64,000 nucleotides of DNA from assembly GCF_009914755.1 (NCBI RefSeq), contig NC_060927.1; one strand, given 5' to 3'. This DNA comes from the human T2T-CHM13v2.0 reference genome, Homo sapiens. Below the pieces are notes generated by a model. The model searched no databases and was not told the origin of the DNA. It was given only the letters and a program-made list of their open reading frames with translations. Both the position numbers and the translations under genes were made by a program. Positions 30,901-45,969 of this stretch are shown in pieces; positions within the stretch are counted from its first letter, which is position 1; each line of letters starts with the position of its first letter.

Positions 30901-31767
30901 TTGGGTGTGACCTTCTATGGCCTCTGGTCCCTGAACTTGGGCAAGGAGTGCCTGGCACCTCTCAGGATGCTTTAAAGTCAGAGTGCTTCCCTGCAGAGGA
31001 GACAGATGTTGGGTCTGAGTCACACAGCTTGGGATCCCCTTCTGACTCCACTCTGTGACCTTGGACAACTCCCTTAATCTCTCTGAGCCCATTTCCTCAT
31101 TAGAACATATGGATAGCAATGCCTGCCCCCCAGACTGTGAGACTGGGAGAGGTAAGGCATGACAGTTTGCTGAGCTCCCAGCATGTCATAGGTCCTGAAA
31201 AAATTCACGTCACATATGAGACCGTGTGGGGCATGATGGTGTTTAAGGAAGTATTGAGTCACAGGTTAAAGCCTTTAGAAAGGAGGCTGACTTCCTGGGA
31301 GAAGCTGCAGTCAGAGCTCCTGTCTAACTGAGCCACCCACCTGCCCTTGAGGCCTCTCTCTCTCTCTCTGAAGGTTCCTGCCAGGCCAGGCCCTAGTAGG
31401 CTGTGCAGTGGGACTGGCCAGGGCTGCTATGAAAGACAGGTGAAGCAGGGGAGGCTCTGCCCAGTGCCATTAGGCAGGTCCAGAGAACCCCTCCTTACAG
31501 GATCAGGAAGGGAGCCAGAGACTGTGGCTCCCTTTGTACCAGCTGGTGAGGGGATGGACTGGCCCAGTGTGCCTCCTGTGGGCAGGTGTCTCTGTGCTGT
31601 TGGCTGAGCCAAGTTAAGCAGACAGGACTCCTTCTACAATGATGGAACCTACAGCCAAACAGTGGAGTGACAGACAGGGACAGAAGGGTTGGGGGGTGGG
31701 GAGTATCTCTGAGAAGGGGACACTCAGCCAAGGATGAATGACAAGAAGTTGATTATAAGAAAAGAGA

Positions 31768-32090
31768 GGCTGGGCATGGTGTCTCTTGCCTGTAATCCCA
31801 GCACTTTGGGAGGCCGAGGTGGGCGGATTACCTGAGGTCAGGAGTTCAAGACCAGCCTGGCCAACATGGTGAAACCCTGTCTCTACTAAAAATACAAAAA
31901 TTAGCCGGGTGTGGTGGCATGCGCCTGTAATGCCAGCTACTTGGGAAGCTGAGGCAGGAGAATTGCTTGAACCTGGGAGGCGAGGTTGCAGTGAGCCGAG
32001 ATCACACCACTGCACTCCAGCCTGGATGAAACAGCGAGACTCTGTCTCAAAAAAAGAAAAGAAAAAAAGGAAAAAAAAAAAGAAAAGAGA
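31768..32090 (+). mobile_element. Alu (AluS)
   Basis: Full dimer; TSD aagaaaagaga. Confidence 0.95.
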
Positions 32091-35000
32091 AGAAGGGCAT
32101 CCCAGGAAAGAGAATAGCAAACGCAAAGGCCTTATAGTGGAAACAGCCTTTGAGAATCTGAGGAGCAGAAAAGAACACAATATAGAGAGTGCTGGTCTTG
32201 TTCAGCCTCCCCAGGACAGAAGTGAGCATATGGGCACACTTATGTGACCCAAGGAAGTCAAGATTTTTGAAGACACCTTTCTCTAGGTTCTGCCACTGAC
32301 CACCCAGGACAGAATGAGTCCAGGGCTCAGGATGGGTTGGCCAGATGTGAATCAGCCCCCACCTGGCCCTTTACTTTACAGATGGAACACCAGCTCCTAA
32401 GATGGCTTTGATATCTAATTGCTGGCAATAAATTAAACCCACAAAACGGTGGATGCAAAGCTCATTGGGGCTGTTAACATCAGCAAAGCCAGTGGCTGTG
32501 CCTGTTTTCACACCAAGATGCCGTAAGATACAACTCACCTCTGGAGATAGATTACATGGAGATAGGGCTCTGCCCTTTGGGCCTGGAAGCGAGAGGGTCG
32601 ATTCCTGTTACTGAGCTCCTGTAACTAGGCTTGATCTTATCACAGTTATATGAATGCTTGGGAGGGAGATCCTGGAGTAGGGGTGAGCAGAGATTTTCAG
32701 CAATAGTCATATACTCTAATCTCAGCCAGCAAGAGACAAGCCCCTCCTCCCTCTAGCCCGTGAGTGAGTGCAGGCTAGGGGCCTGGCTAGGAGCACTGCC
32801 AAGGGATGAGGGGATCCCAAGGTGTTCTTCCTGGGACAGCCATCCTCCTCCTATGGCCACCTTTCCCAGCCTGCCCTGAGAAGGTTTTCTTCCTTCTGTT
32901 GCTCTGGAAGTCAGGTGGGTTTCCTGAGAGAGTTAGTTCCATGGAATAAATACTTCCCACCTGAAGCTGGGAGGGCTGCCTGGAGGAGGTTAGGATGCCG
33001 TGCATGTGTGAAAGGGGGTTTAGGGAAGGAGCAGGCGGCCAGTTTCCACGCTCTGGAGGGAAGATAGTCAGAGGTCAGCTGAATTGTCCAAGGTTGCCCA
33101 GAAGGTTAGTAGCTGGACCTATGAACAAAAGAAGGCTCCCTGGAGATGGTCTGAAATGTAGGGGCAGAGGAAGATGGCATCAGGACTGGAGGGACTTAGA
33201 AGAGCTTGTGGCTCTAGCTTCAGGACTTCCGATGATTCCTCCTTAGAGTATGATCACCCTTAGAAAAAGATGGTACCTCTTGGGCCTCTGCACTTTCTTG
33301 CCTCCATGTTTGTCCTCTTGGACTGGCCAAACCCAGTCTTCCAAGGATGGAAGTGGATCCAGGAAAAATGAAAGTTGACACAGGCATGGTTCAGAAACAG
33401 CTTGAGAGCTGGAATGGACAGGCAGTTCTAAATAGACTCTAAGACGGTCAGAGCTGGAAAGTACCATTTGATTCTCATTTTATAAATGAGAAAACTGAGG
33501 CTCAGAAGCCAGCTACCCAGCTTCGACTGTCTCGCCCAACATGTGCACCCCCTGTCCCCTGGCTGGGCCACCTTGCCTTCCCTGGCCTTAGAGTTCCCTC
33601 TCAGGTCTTTCTGGCTCTCACCTTTTCCTGCAGAGCTGTTTTCCATTTTTGCTTATTCCTGAAGGGGACTTTATCGATGACCGGTTTTGTGGCATCCATG
33701 GCTCTTAATTAGGCTTCCTTAGGCCTCCTTTCAGAAGGCTTTGAGTGAAAAGACCATCAGTATTTGGCACTGGCATCAGTGTAAAGGGCTCTGCCCATAG
33801 CACGGAGAGAAGGGCAGATGTGCAGGGAGACTGGTGCTGAATTACTGGGGCCTAGAGAGCCTGGAGGCCTGAAGAGGGTTTTTCAGACCCCATCCCATGC
33901 ATGTTCTGCTGGAAGCCAGAGGCCCTTCAAGCCTGAGAGCCCTGGCTTCTGGGCTGGCTGCTGACGTCCCCCTCCCTACCACTCTCAGGACAACTGCCCA
34001 AAGGCTGGACACACACAGGGATTTCCTGGCTGCATCCTGTGAATGGAGTGGGGCTGAGGAGATGTTGGAAGCCATAGCCTGGCTGAGTTGAAGTCCCTAC
34101 TCTCCAGCTGGAAATATAGCCACTGCCTATAGGCTCTTCAGCATAACGATGTCTTTCAGAGAATCAGGGCTATGGAGATCACGAGAGGAGAGTGGTAGTT
34201 TTGCTTGGCTTTGGAACTTGAGGTGGGTTTGGAAGGAAGATGGAAGGTCAAAGCAGAGAGGGCACAGCATGGCTCTGGGAATGGTCTTGCTGATTTGGGT
34301 GTGGGGAGTGTGGATAGGAAAGGGCGGGCCTCTCTTAAGCTTTAAGTGCCCAGCCTGGGGTGGAAAAAGAAATGCCAGGCTGAGTATGGACACCACTCTG
34401 GAGGCAACAGGGAGCCATTAGGGACCCTTGGACTGAAGAGAAGTGACAAGCGAGTGGTTTGGGGCAGCTTCGCCTGGGAATTGGCAATGATGAAGCCAGA
34501 GTGGAGGAACTCTCCTCACAATTTCTCCCAGATTCAAGTAGCACGGCCTCAGGGCAGACGTTCCTCTCCAAGGGTGACTGGGACTGTGGCTGGATGCTCA
34601 GAGACAGCCCAGGATGATTCCCATGCGAATCACCATCAACCCCTGGCTCATGCCCACCCTTGGTTAGAGTCTTCCTTGACAAGCTCTCCCTGGGGCATTC
34701 TTAAGCCAGCACCAGTTGTGTTTTCCAGGTGAGCCGAGCAGTTCTCATGTTGCCAGACCTGAGGTTCCTCACTGCCTGGGACCTCCTGTCCAATGGAAGG
34801 AAAAAGGAAAACTTGCATTATTGACAGATGGATCCTGAACCCCTCAGCTCATGTAACCCTTGCAGCAGTCACAGGCAGGTGCCATTCGCACCCATTTTAT
34901 ACCTAACACCTCCTGATGAGCCAAGTCTTCTCAGACTCCACAGTCCCTGCTGGTCCCTGGACTCTGGGGTTACCCCGGCTCTGGGCCCCATCAGAACCTC

Positions 35001-35415
35001 CCTGGGGCCTCCACCTTGAAAACCTGCCTGAGCGTGGATGGTGCATGCATTTACTGCAGGCTCCTTGAGTGATACTGCTCCACAACTGGGTCTGGGGAGG
35101 TTGGCCCCAGGTGGCCACCTCTAGTGGTCTCTTTCTGGCTGGTGGTTGCCAGCATCAAGAACCACCATCACTTCTCACACCATTCAAGAAGCCCTCAGGG
35201 TTTTCTCTGCATTTAGAAAAGAGCACAAAAACATAGGCTATATCCTGGAAGTGGGCAGGGGATAGGGGAAAGCCTCTCCCACTTTCCTCTTCCCCAAAGT
35301 ATCTTCCACAGCTTCCAGACTTGTCACTATGGAGTGTCACAGTCTTAGGTTTGGTAATGCTCACTCCAGGTTCTGCAAAAGTTTGAAGGTCAGCCTCTTA
35401 AAGATTGTGGTCGCT

Positions 35416-35723
35416 GGCCAGGCGCGGTAGCTCACGCCTGTAATCCCAGCACTTTGGGAGGCCAAGGCAGGCGGATCACGAGGTCAGGAGATTGAGACCA
35501 TCCTGGCTAACATGGTGAAACCCTGTCTCTATTAAAAATACAAAAAAATTAGCCAGGCATGGTGGCGGGTGCCTGTAGTCCCAGCTACTCAGGAGGCTGA
35601 GGCAGGAGAATGGTGTGAACTTGGGAGGTGGAGGTTACAGGGAGCCAAGATCGCGCTACTGCACTCCAGCCTGGGCGACAGAGTGAGACTCCATCTCAAA
35701 AAAAAAAAAAAAAAAAAAAAAAA
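35416..35723 (+). mobile_element. Alu (AluY-like)
   Basis: Full dimer; TSD aaagattgtggt(c/t)gct. Confidence 0.95.
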
Positions 35724-36724
35724 GATTGTGGTTGCTGCTTTCCCTGGATATAGAGAAGGGGTTTTGGTGTCAGGAAGTCCTCGGAACTCTGGGGCTGGCT
35801 GCTACGGCTGATCTTGGACAAGTCTCTTCTGTTCTTTGCAATCTCAGTTCCCTTGACTGTAAAATGGCCAAAATTATGCTCACAGGATTATTGGGAGGAT
35901 TTGACGTGAGAATACATGAGAAAATACCATAATTACAGAGTCTGGTGCTCCAAGAGTAGAATTACTTCAGGTTAGAGGGAGTTGGGGGGCCCTGGACCAG
36001 CTCTACAGAATGGAGAGATGAAAGGGGCTGGAGGGCGGGTAGCATCTGATCTGACAGAGAGGGCCAGAGCAATTATATTCATCCAGGGGCTCCTATGCCA
36101 TGCGGAGGTCTCTGCTGTACTATTCCTGCCCTGCAGACATTAAGGGTAGTCTGCTGTTTACCTAGAAGAGTTTATATAGACAATAGTCAAAAGCCTGGGG
36201 TCCAGGGAGCCAGTATTGGGAGGCCAGTGGCCAGCCTGGAGGAAGAAGAGAGTAGGTGGAGAGAGCTGGAGACATAGTGCTCTTTTCCAAAGGCCACACC
36301 TATGCTCACGAACTTGGGTTATGCCTCAGGCCTTGGGTGCTGGGGGACAGCCCAACAGGAACGAGAACGTTTCCTAAGCAAAAGATAAACTCTGAGGGCA
36401 CTACCTGGTTCCAGGCCCAAGGAAGGCGTGTTTTTAGCCCCCTGTTCCAGCCTCGTACCCTGGCAGTCCTGGTCCATCTTACTGAGCACATATCCGCACG
36501 CCTCATGCTCCCCAGGGCCAGTTTTGTAAGCCCAGAAGTCAAGGCCTAACTTGAACCTGATGAATGAATCAGATCAAATACATGCTGTATGCTCCCAGGC
36601 CTGATTTCTCCAACTCCTCCAGGCCACATCCAAGGGGGAGCTGCCGAAATGTCCATGCCTCAGTTTCCATGAGGAATAGCATTCAGCAGTTCAGGTCTGT
36701 GATGGACTCTAAGAACAGCGCCAG

Positions 36725-37029
<305 letters not shown>

Positions 37030-37071
37030 GAACAGTGCCATAGGTTTGTCATGCTCAAACAAGTAGCTTCC

Positions 37072-37642
37072 AAAAGGAGCCAGCATGTCACTTGGCAAGA
37101 GTGGAAACAAGACAGAGAAGGGGGAGGTGTCATACACCGTTTTGTTTGTTTGTTTGTTTGTTTGTTTTTTGAGATAGAGTCTCACTCTGTTGCCTAGGCT
37201 GTAGTGCAATGGCACCATCTCGACTCACTGCAACCTCCCAGGTTCAAGCCTCCCAGGTTCAAGCTATTCTCATGTCTCAGCCTCAAAGTAGCTGGGATTA
37301 CAGGCATGCACCACCACACCTGGCTAATTTTTATATTTTTAGTAGAGACAGGGTTTCACCATGTTGGCCAGGTTGGTCCAGAACCCCTGACCTCAAGTGA
37401 TCCGCCTGCCTCGGCCTCCTAAGGTGCTGGGATCACAGGCGTGAACCACTGTGCCTGGCCTTCATACACTTTTAAATAACCAGATCTCAGGTAAACTCAC
37501 TTATCACCAAGGGGATGGCACTAAGCCATTCATGAGGGATCGGCCCCCCGTGATCCAAACACCTCCCACCAGGCCCTACTTCCAACGTTGGGGATTACAT
37601 TTCAACATGAGATTTGGCAGGGACAAATGTCAAAACCATTCA
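37072..37642 (-). mobile_element. Partial MST-type MaLR LTR interrupted by an Alu
   Basis: MST-like segments cttttaaataaccagatctc...acctcccaccaggccc...caacatgagatttgg. Confidence 0.8.
37140..37460 (-). mobile_element. Alu (AluS) inserted in the MST LTR
   Basis: (TTTG)n tail followed by antisense Alu; TSD tcatacac. Confidence 0.93.
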
Positions 37643-37649
37643 GTCATAG

Positions 37650-38580
<931 letters not shown>

Positions 38581-39442
38581 AGCCTTTTTCCAGGCACCCC
38601 ACGAGGAGCCTTGAGCTCTGGGCTTCTCCTCTGGCTGACCAGAGCCCTCAGGGGCCATAGAGAAAGATAAAAATGGGTCCTATGTCCTGGAAGTCAGGGC
38701 CTGGGTTGGCCAGAGTGGATGAGTAGATGAGCTAGGCTAGGAAGGATGAATCAGGTACAAGAATCCATGTTCAGTCCTGTCACAGCTCTCTATCACAAGA
38801 GCCTAGCTTTGAAAACTACTCCCTGCTCATTAGCAGGAAGGATGAGCTCCAAAGAGGGTGGGCTCCAGAGTACAGGGTTGCCAGTGCTGCCCAGCTCCAT
38901 GTCCCGTCTCTGTGTATTATTCTCTGAGAAAGTGATACGGCTGTACACAGGTAAATGTGTCAGAGAAGCAACACATAATCATTGGGAAATTGCAGAAAGG
39001 AGGAAAGGGTCTCTTCTTGGTATATTTTACTCTGGTTTGTATCTGCACGTGATTGTTCTTGCATAATTATAACCACACTGTGAACAGAGTTTTGGGCCTG
39101 ATTGTTTTTTGCTGAATGTGACACACTAGACATTCTTTTTGTTGATAGATTGATTTCATGGTTGTTATTGGTTGCATACAATTGCATGGGGTAATGTCCC
39201 ATGTTCAATAACTTCATCCCCTACTGGTAGTCATTTGGATTATTTCCAATATTTATAGACAATGTTACATTGGATATCTATAGAAATGAAACTTATCTCA
39301 ATCCATTTTCACAGAACTAACATTTTTTGGGGGAAGTTCTTGATACCCACTTGCCACAGTGCTGGTGGGAGGGTCACCTGGACCCACCCTACTTCAAATA
39401 AGTAGCCTACTATTACACTAACTGCTTGCACACAGTCATTAA

Positions 39443-39744
39443 TTTTTTTTTTTTTTTTTTTTTGAGATAGAGTCTCGCTCTGTCGCCCAGGCTGGAATGC
39501 AGTGGCGCAATCTTGGCTCACTGCAAGCTCCGCCTCCTGGATTCATGCCATTCTCCTGCTTCAGCCTTCTGAGTAGCTGGGACTACAGGCGCCCGCCACC
39601 ATGCCCGACTAACTTTTTGTATTTTTAGTAGAGACTGGGTTTCACCGTGTTAGCAAGGATGGTCTTGATCTCCTGACCTCGTGATCTGCCCACCTTGGTC
39701 TCCCAAAGTGCTGTGATTACGGGCTTGAGCCATCGTGCCCGGCC
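39443..39744 (-). mobile_element. Alu (AluY-like)
   Basis: Poly-T followed by antisense Alu. Confidence 0.95.
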
Positions 39745-39760
39745 CATTAAAATTTTTTTA

Positions 39761-40924
<1,164 letters not shown>

Positions 40925-41946
40925 TCAATTTGTCTTTCTTTGGTAGTTAAAGAAGATGTTCATTTTCCTATCTTTTCATTTACTATTCTATTTCTCCTCA
41001 CGGGAGGAAGCAGTTTCCATCAGGTGACCCACATTTGTACCTTTCCCCGTGGGCTCTTTGAATGGCTCATCAGCCCTGCTAGGGCTGTTCTCACCAGCTA
41101 GAATGATGCAAGGTCAAATCTCTGTGTCCTCCTACATTGTCTCCACGCCTTCAGCCGGTCTTCATGGTTGCACTCTTCCTTCTAAATGCCTCATAGCAGC
41201 CTCCTGGCCTGCCCCACAGACTCCTCTAAGCCAACATTGACTATCCCCAGCCACTTCCCCTGGACCCTGAAGAGCCTTCAGAAAATATACTTTGACCCAC
41301 TGACTAGTTTAGTCTCTACTGACTACTCAGAATTCTTCATAGTCTGCCTCCACCCACCTGCCACCCTGCCCCCACCCCCAAGGAAGTCTTGGGCTCTGGT
41401 CACACTGGCCTCGTCATTGCATCCCACTCATCTTGCTCTTCCTGCCTCTGTGCTTTGGTTCATGATACCACCCCCGAGAGTCATATCCACTTAAACTCAT
41501 CCTCTGAGACCTTGCCTCCTCAGCCGAGCCTTCCCAGATTTTTCCAATCCACTCAGCCTCCCCTGCCTCTGAACAGCTGAAGCATTTATAGTCTATAGGG
41601 GCTCTCTGACAGGGTCACCAATAAGTAGTCCTCTTTCCCTCATCCAAGTTCTGAACAATGGAGAGATAAAAACTCAGATGGAGGCCAAAGCATTATCTTC
41701 TTTATTGAAGAAGGCTTAAAGGAGGAAGTGGCTTAGTGTGAAGTCACATGGGTCTGTGCTGGGCTGACTTTCCCCCTTCCCCTAGTCTCACTTGTTTTGG
41801 GTAAGTGAGGCCCCACACATCCTGGCCAGTGGAGACCGACACATAGAAGAAAGCATCGGAATGGGAAATCTGCCCCCCTCCTCACAGTTCATACCCCAGG
41901 AGCAAATGCTAAATACTGTCTTGAATTAACAGAGTTACTATGGGTT

Positions 41947-42253
<307 letters not shown>

Positions 42254-44629
42254 TTACTATGGGTTTTGTTGCTTCAACTATGCTGGACCAACTATATGAG
42301 GTCCTTAAAGCCCAAGGTATGTGCAGCTTCTTATCTTCAAAGTGCCTTGGAGTAGGTGAAGAGGACTCCCTCTTAGCAAGCCCTTCCTTCTCCATGCACA
42401 CTCACCCCAGTTAAGTCTAAAATTCTGTTCTGAGGACCTCATTTCCCTATGGACGCTGGTCTGAGTGTGCAGGCAGAACCATGGGAGCAAGCAGGGATAT
42501 AACCAGTAATATTCACTCAGGTCTCAGTCAGGAGGGTGGCAGGGCCTTTCCCGAGGGCAGTCTTCCATGGGGGTGCAGGGCATGAAGGCACAATTGCCTT
42601 TGGTGCCTCTGTACTAAGATCAAGGAGAGAGTCAAACAAGAGGTTGGGATGGCATAGACATGTTTTGCTTAACTCACAATTGTGTCACAAGCCTCCTTTG
42701 GGCTTTTACTGGACTGATGATAAGTGATTGGATTATCCAAGACATGGGGATTAATTATTTTGGGCTGGACAGAAGAGTCCATGGACAGAGCTAGGTTACA
42801 AACTCCACTGCTCCACTGGCTGTTGCTTTCTGGAGGAATGTGAACTCTCATACAATTTGGAACCCACCTGGTAATGCCTGGATTCCAGAGCTGTGGGTGC
42901 ACACACATCATTGCACCGTGTAGAATTAGAAAAAGATTTATCTAAAAATAACTACTGAGGAATATCTAATTTGATAGCAAGACTATGACTAATCCATGAA
43001 ACAGACAGTCTGTGTGACAAGACACAGTACAATAATGGGGAGAAATTCATGTTTGACCTTTAAGCAAGTGCAAAATGAAACAGATCTATGCCTTGGCAGC
43101 TGAGGACCCTGTGGCTCTAGGGAGAGTGGCTGTGAGCAGGGGGTTTGATGGTCATGGAGGAGAACTGATGCAATATGTAGTTCTCAGGGGTGCTGCATCA
43201 TGGAAATAGCTTAGGGAAATCAATTTCTTTTGGTGTTAAATAGAGAGAAGAGGCTCATGCTGAGTTAAGTGCTGGCTGGTAAGAGGCAGACGCAGGAGGC
43301 CAGCCCAGCTGCGCAGGGGTGACCAAACCAGCTCTCGCAGGCTAGCTTGGAGGAGAAGCAGATTCCACAAATGCAAGGAGACCCAGCATTTCTGGGAAGC
43401 AATTTGAGCTGGTAGGAGGGGAGCAAGGTTCCAAAGTTTAGTGAGCATTTACCTTGTGCCGGGCTCTGTGTTGAGAACTTTGCAGGCATTATCCTCAGAA
43501 GCATCCCTGATGTAGAAGCCATTCTGATTCCCACCTGACAGGAAGAAACTCGGTTCAGAGGGATTAAGCTACTTGCCTGGGGTCACCCAGCTAGGAAGTA
43601 TCTATCTGGAGCTGGATGTGAACCCAGCTCTGACTCCAGAGCTCTCAAGTTCTATTCCCTGTTGCTAGGTCACCTGAAACTTGAAAAAGCCTGAGGCTGT
43701 CAGTGGGCTGGAGTGACAGACTGGGGCTGGGACAGGCTGGGTGCAAGTGAGGTTTTGGCAGGGGCCACCCCATGATGAGTTCTCATGAAAAATTGCCATG
43801 GCTCCTGGAATGGCAGGTTTCTGAATCAGGATCACTTCTCTGATTGTTCCATAACTCATAACTGCATATTATAAATTCTGATCCATCACCCTCAATGCTA
43901 ATTGGAGAACAGAATAGTCCCCATTTCTTAGAGTTGCTCTTCTTCAGTGGTGACAGAGTGAGTACTATTCCTGCTGCTCCCTGGGTCAGGGCCCTGCATG
44001 TTCCGAGTACAAGTCCTAAGGTGTGATCTTGTGAGAGAATTCTCTAAAGATTTCTCTTTTTTGGCATCCTGTATTAAATGTTCCTCAAGGAAGAGATTAG
44101 CAGTAATCCTTGATCAGATTCAGGGCCAATTGCTTGTTGGTGCCCCTGGCAACATTCTTTCCCTGGACCCTTAGCATGGGCAGGGGTGTGAGGGACAAGC
44201 AAGGTGTTGAGACCACAGCTAAAGCAGTGGGTCACAGAACCTGGAGAGTGGGCTGTGTAGGGAGGTAAGCTGTGCTTCCCCTCCAAACCCGGGAGATGAG
44301 CGCTGGAGCCTGGCACAGATGTGCCATCTTGAGAACAAAGGAAAGATTGGCTCAAGGAGGAGAAAGAAGCCTGGAGTGGTCCTGTGTGAGCAGTGGTCCT
44401 AGATGCTTCTGCACAGACTTTGTTGGTGCTCAGAGAATTGGGGAATGTGCAGTGGTGCCTCTGAGCCCAGGACTCAAGAGGATAGGCCTTTTCCTAGGCT
44501 GTTCCCTCAACAAGCCCAGGATCTCCTTGAGGGGAGATCATGTTCTTATTCATGTCTCTTATCTCTGCTTCTGACCCAAGGTCTGTCAATGGCTGGTTCC
44601 CTAATGTCATGGGACGTGGCAAGGCCCCA

Positions 44630-45470
44630 GCGGCTGCCCCTATCTTCCACTCTAGTCCGCACATTTCTCCCCACTCCCCACTTGCTCGCTCACACATCAT
44701 GTCCTGGTCACACTGGCCTTTCCATTCCTTGGATACGTTAAGCTCCTTCTTCACCAGATTCACCTTTCCCAAATGCTGCTTGCTCTGTCTAGAACACTTT
44801 TCTCTTCTTTACTTGGCTAATTTGTATGTATTGTCAGCCTCCAGTTTAAATATCATTTCCTCCAGGAAGTCTTCCCTATTTGCAAACTAGGTCAGAATCC
44901 CTGGCTGAGGCTCCCTCTGTACATGTACCCTTTCTCTTTCTCTTCTTTCCTAGTACTTGTATCTCTCTTCGTTTTTTTTTTTTTTTTTTTTTTTTTTGAT
45001 GGTGTTTTGCTCTGTCACTCACGCTGGAGTGCAGTGGTGGTGCAGTCTTTGCTCACTGCAACCTCTGCCTCTGTCTCCCGGGTTCAAGTGATTCTACTGC
45101 TTCAGTCTACCGAGTAGCTGGGACTACAGGCACCCACCACCACACCTGGCTAATTTTTGTATTTTTAGTAGAGACAGGGTTTCGCCATGTTGGCCAGGCT
45201 GGTCTCGACCTCTTGGCCTCAAATGATCTGCCCGCCTCAGCCTCCCAAAGTGCTGGGATTTACAGGCGTGAGCCACTGCACCTGTCCTTGTGTCTCTCAT
45301 TAGATATTTGCTTGTGTGATTATTGGTTCAGTGTCTCTTCTCCCAACTAGATGCTAAACTCCATGAAGAGAGGCTGGGTGCAGTGGCTCGCTGTTTTTTT
45401 TTTTTTTTTTTTTTTGCTCTGGACCTGGCCCATAATAGGTGCTCAATAAATTTTTGGTAAATAAATGATT
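44630..45470 (+). mobile_element. L2 3' end interrupted by an Alu
   Basis: L2-like atcatttcctccaggaagtcttcccta and terminal taggtgctcaataaat...aatga; boundaries approximate. Confidence 0.65.
44972..45287 (-). mobile_element. Alu (AluS)
   Basis: Poly-T followed by antisense Alu; TSD ttgt(a/g)tctctc. Confidence 0.95.
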
Positions 45471-45969
45471 CAAACTTTTTACACTTCAAGATAAAAAGTA
45501 TGAAAAGCTGGTGGGGATAAAGTCTCAGTTCTTTTCCTAGCCCCAGTCCCATAGCATTTCAGAGATGGGGTAGGTGGTGCTACACTACTCAACAGGCTTT
45601 TGTTTTTTAACTCATTTAACTCAAGCGAGTTGGTGAAGGCATTCAATTGGTGGTTTTTTATGTATAGAGAAATTACCTCTGTCCTGATTTGGAATATCTG
45701 TGCTATTTTGGGCTGTTTTTCTCTTTTGGGCCTTTTTGTATTGTAGCAATAATTTCACCATTTGGCTATGCAGAGGCCCAATTAATATTACAAATGTGGT
45801 CCTATAAAATGTGCTTTTTGACATCAGAACGTTTTGTTGCTAATTACTCTCCAAGGTTTTTAATTTCAAGCCCTCCTTGGTGACTTAGTGCAGAAATTTA
45901 AGGACATAATTATTTCCCCCCAAGGGAAAAGAGATCTAGGTAATGCCAAGTTTCTATCTATTTGCCCTT

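Noticed and set aside
35103-35128. CTCF-like ggccccaggtggccacctctagtgg
   Set aside because: Both orientations mismatch key core positions; cannot be supported without ChIP data.
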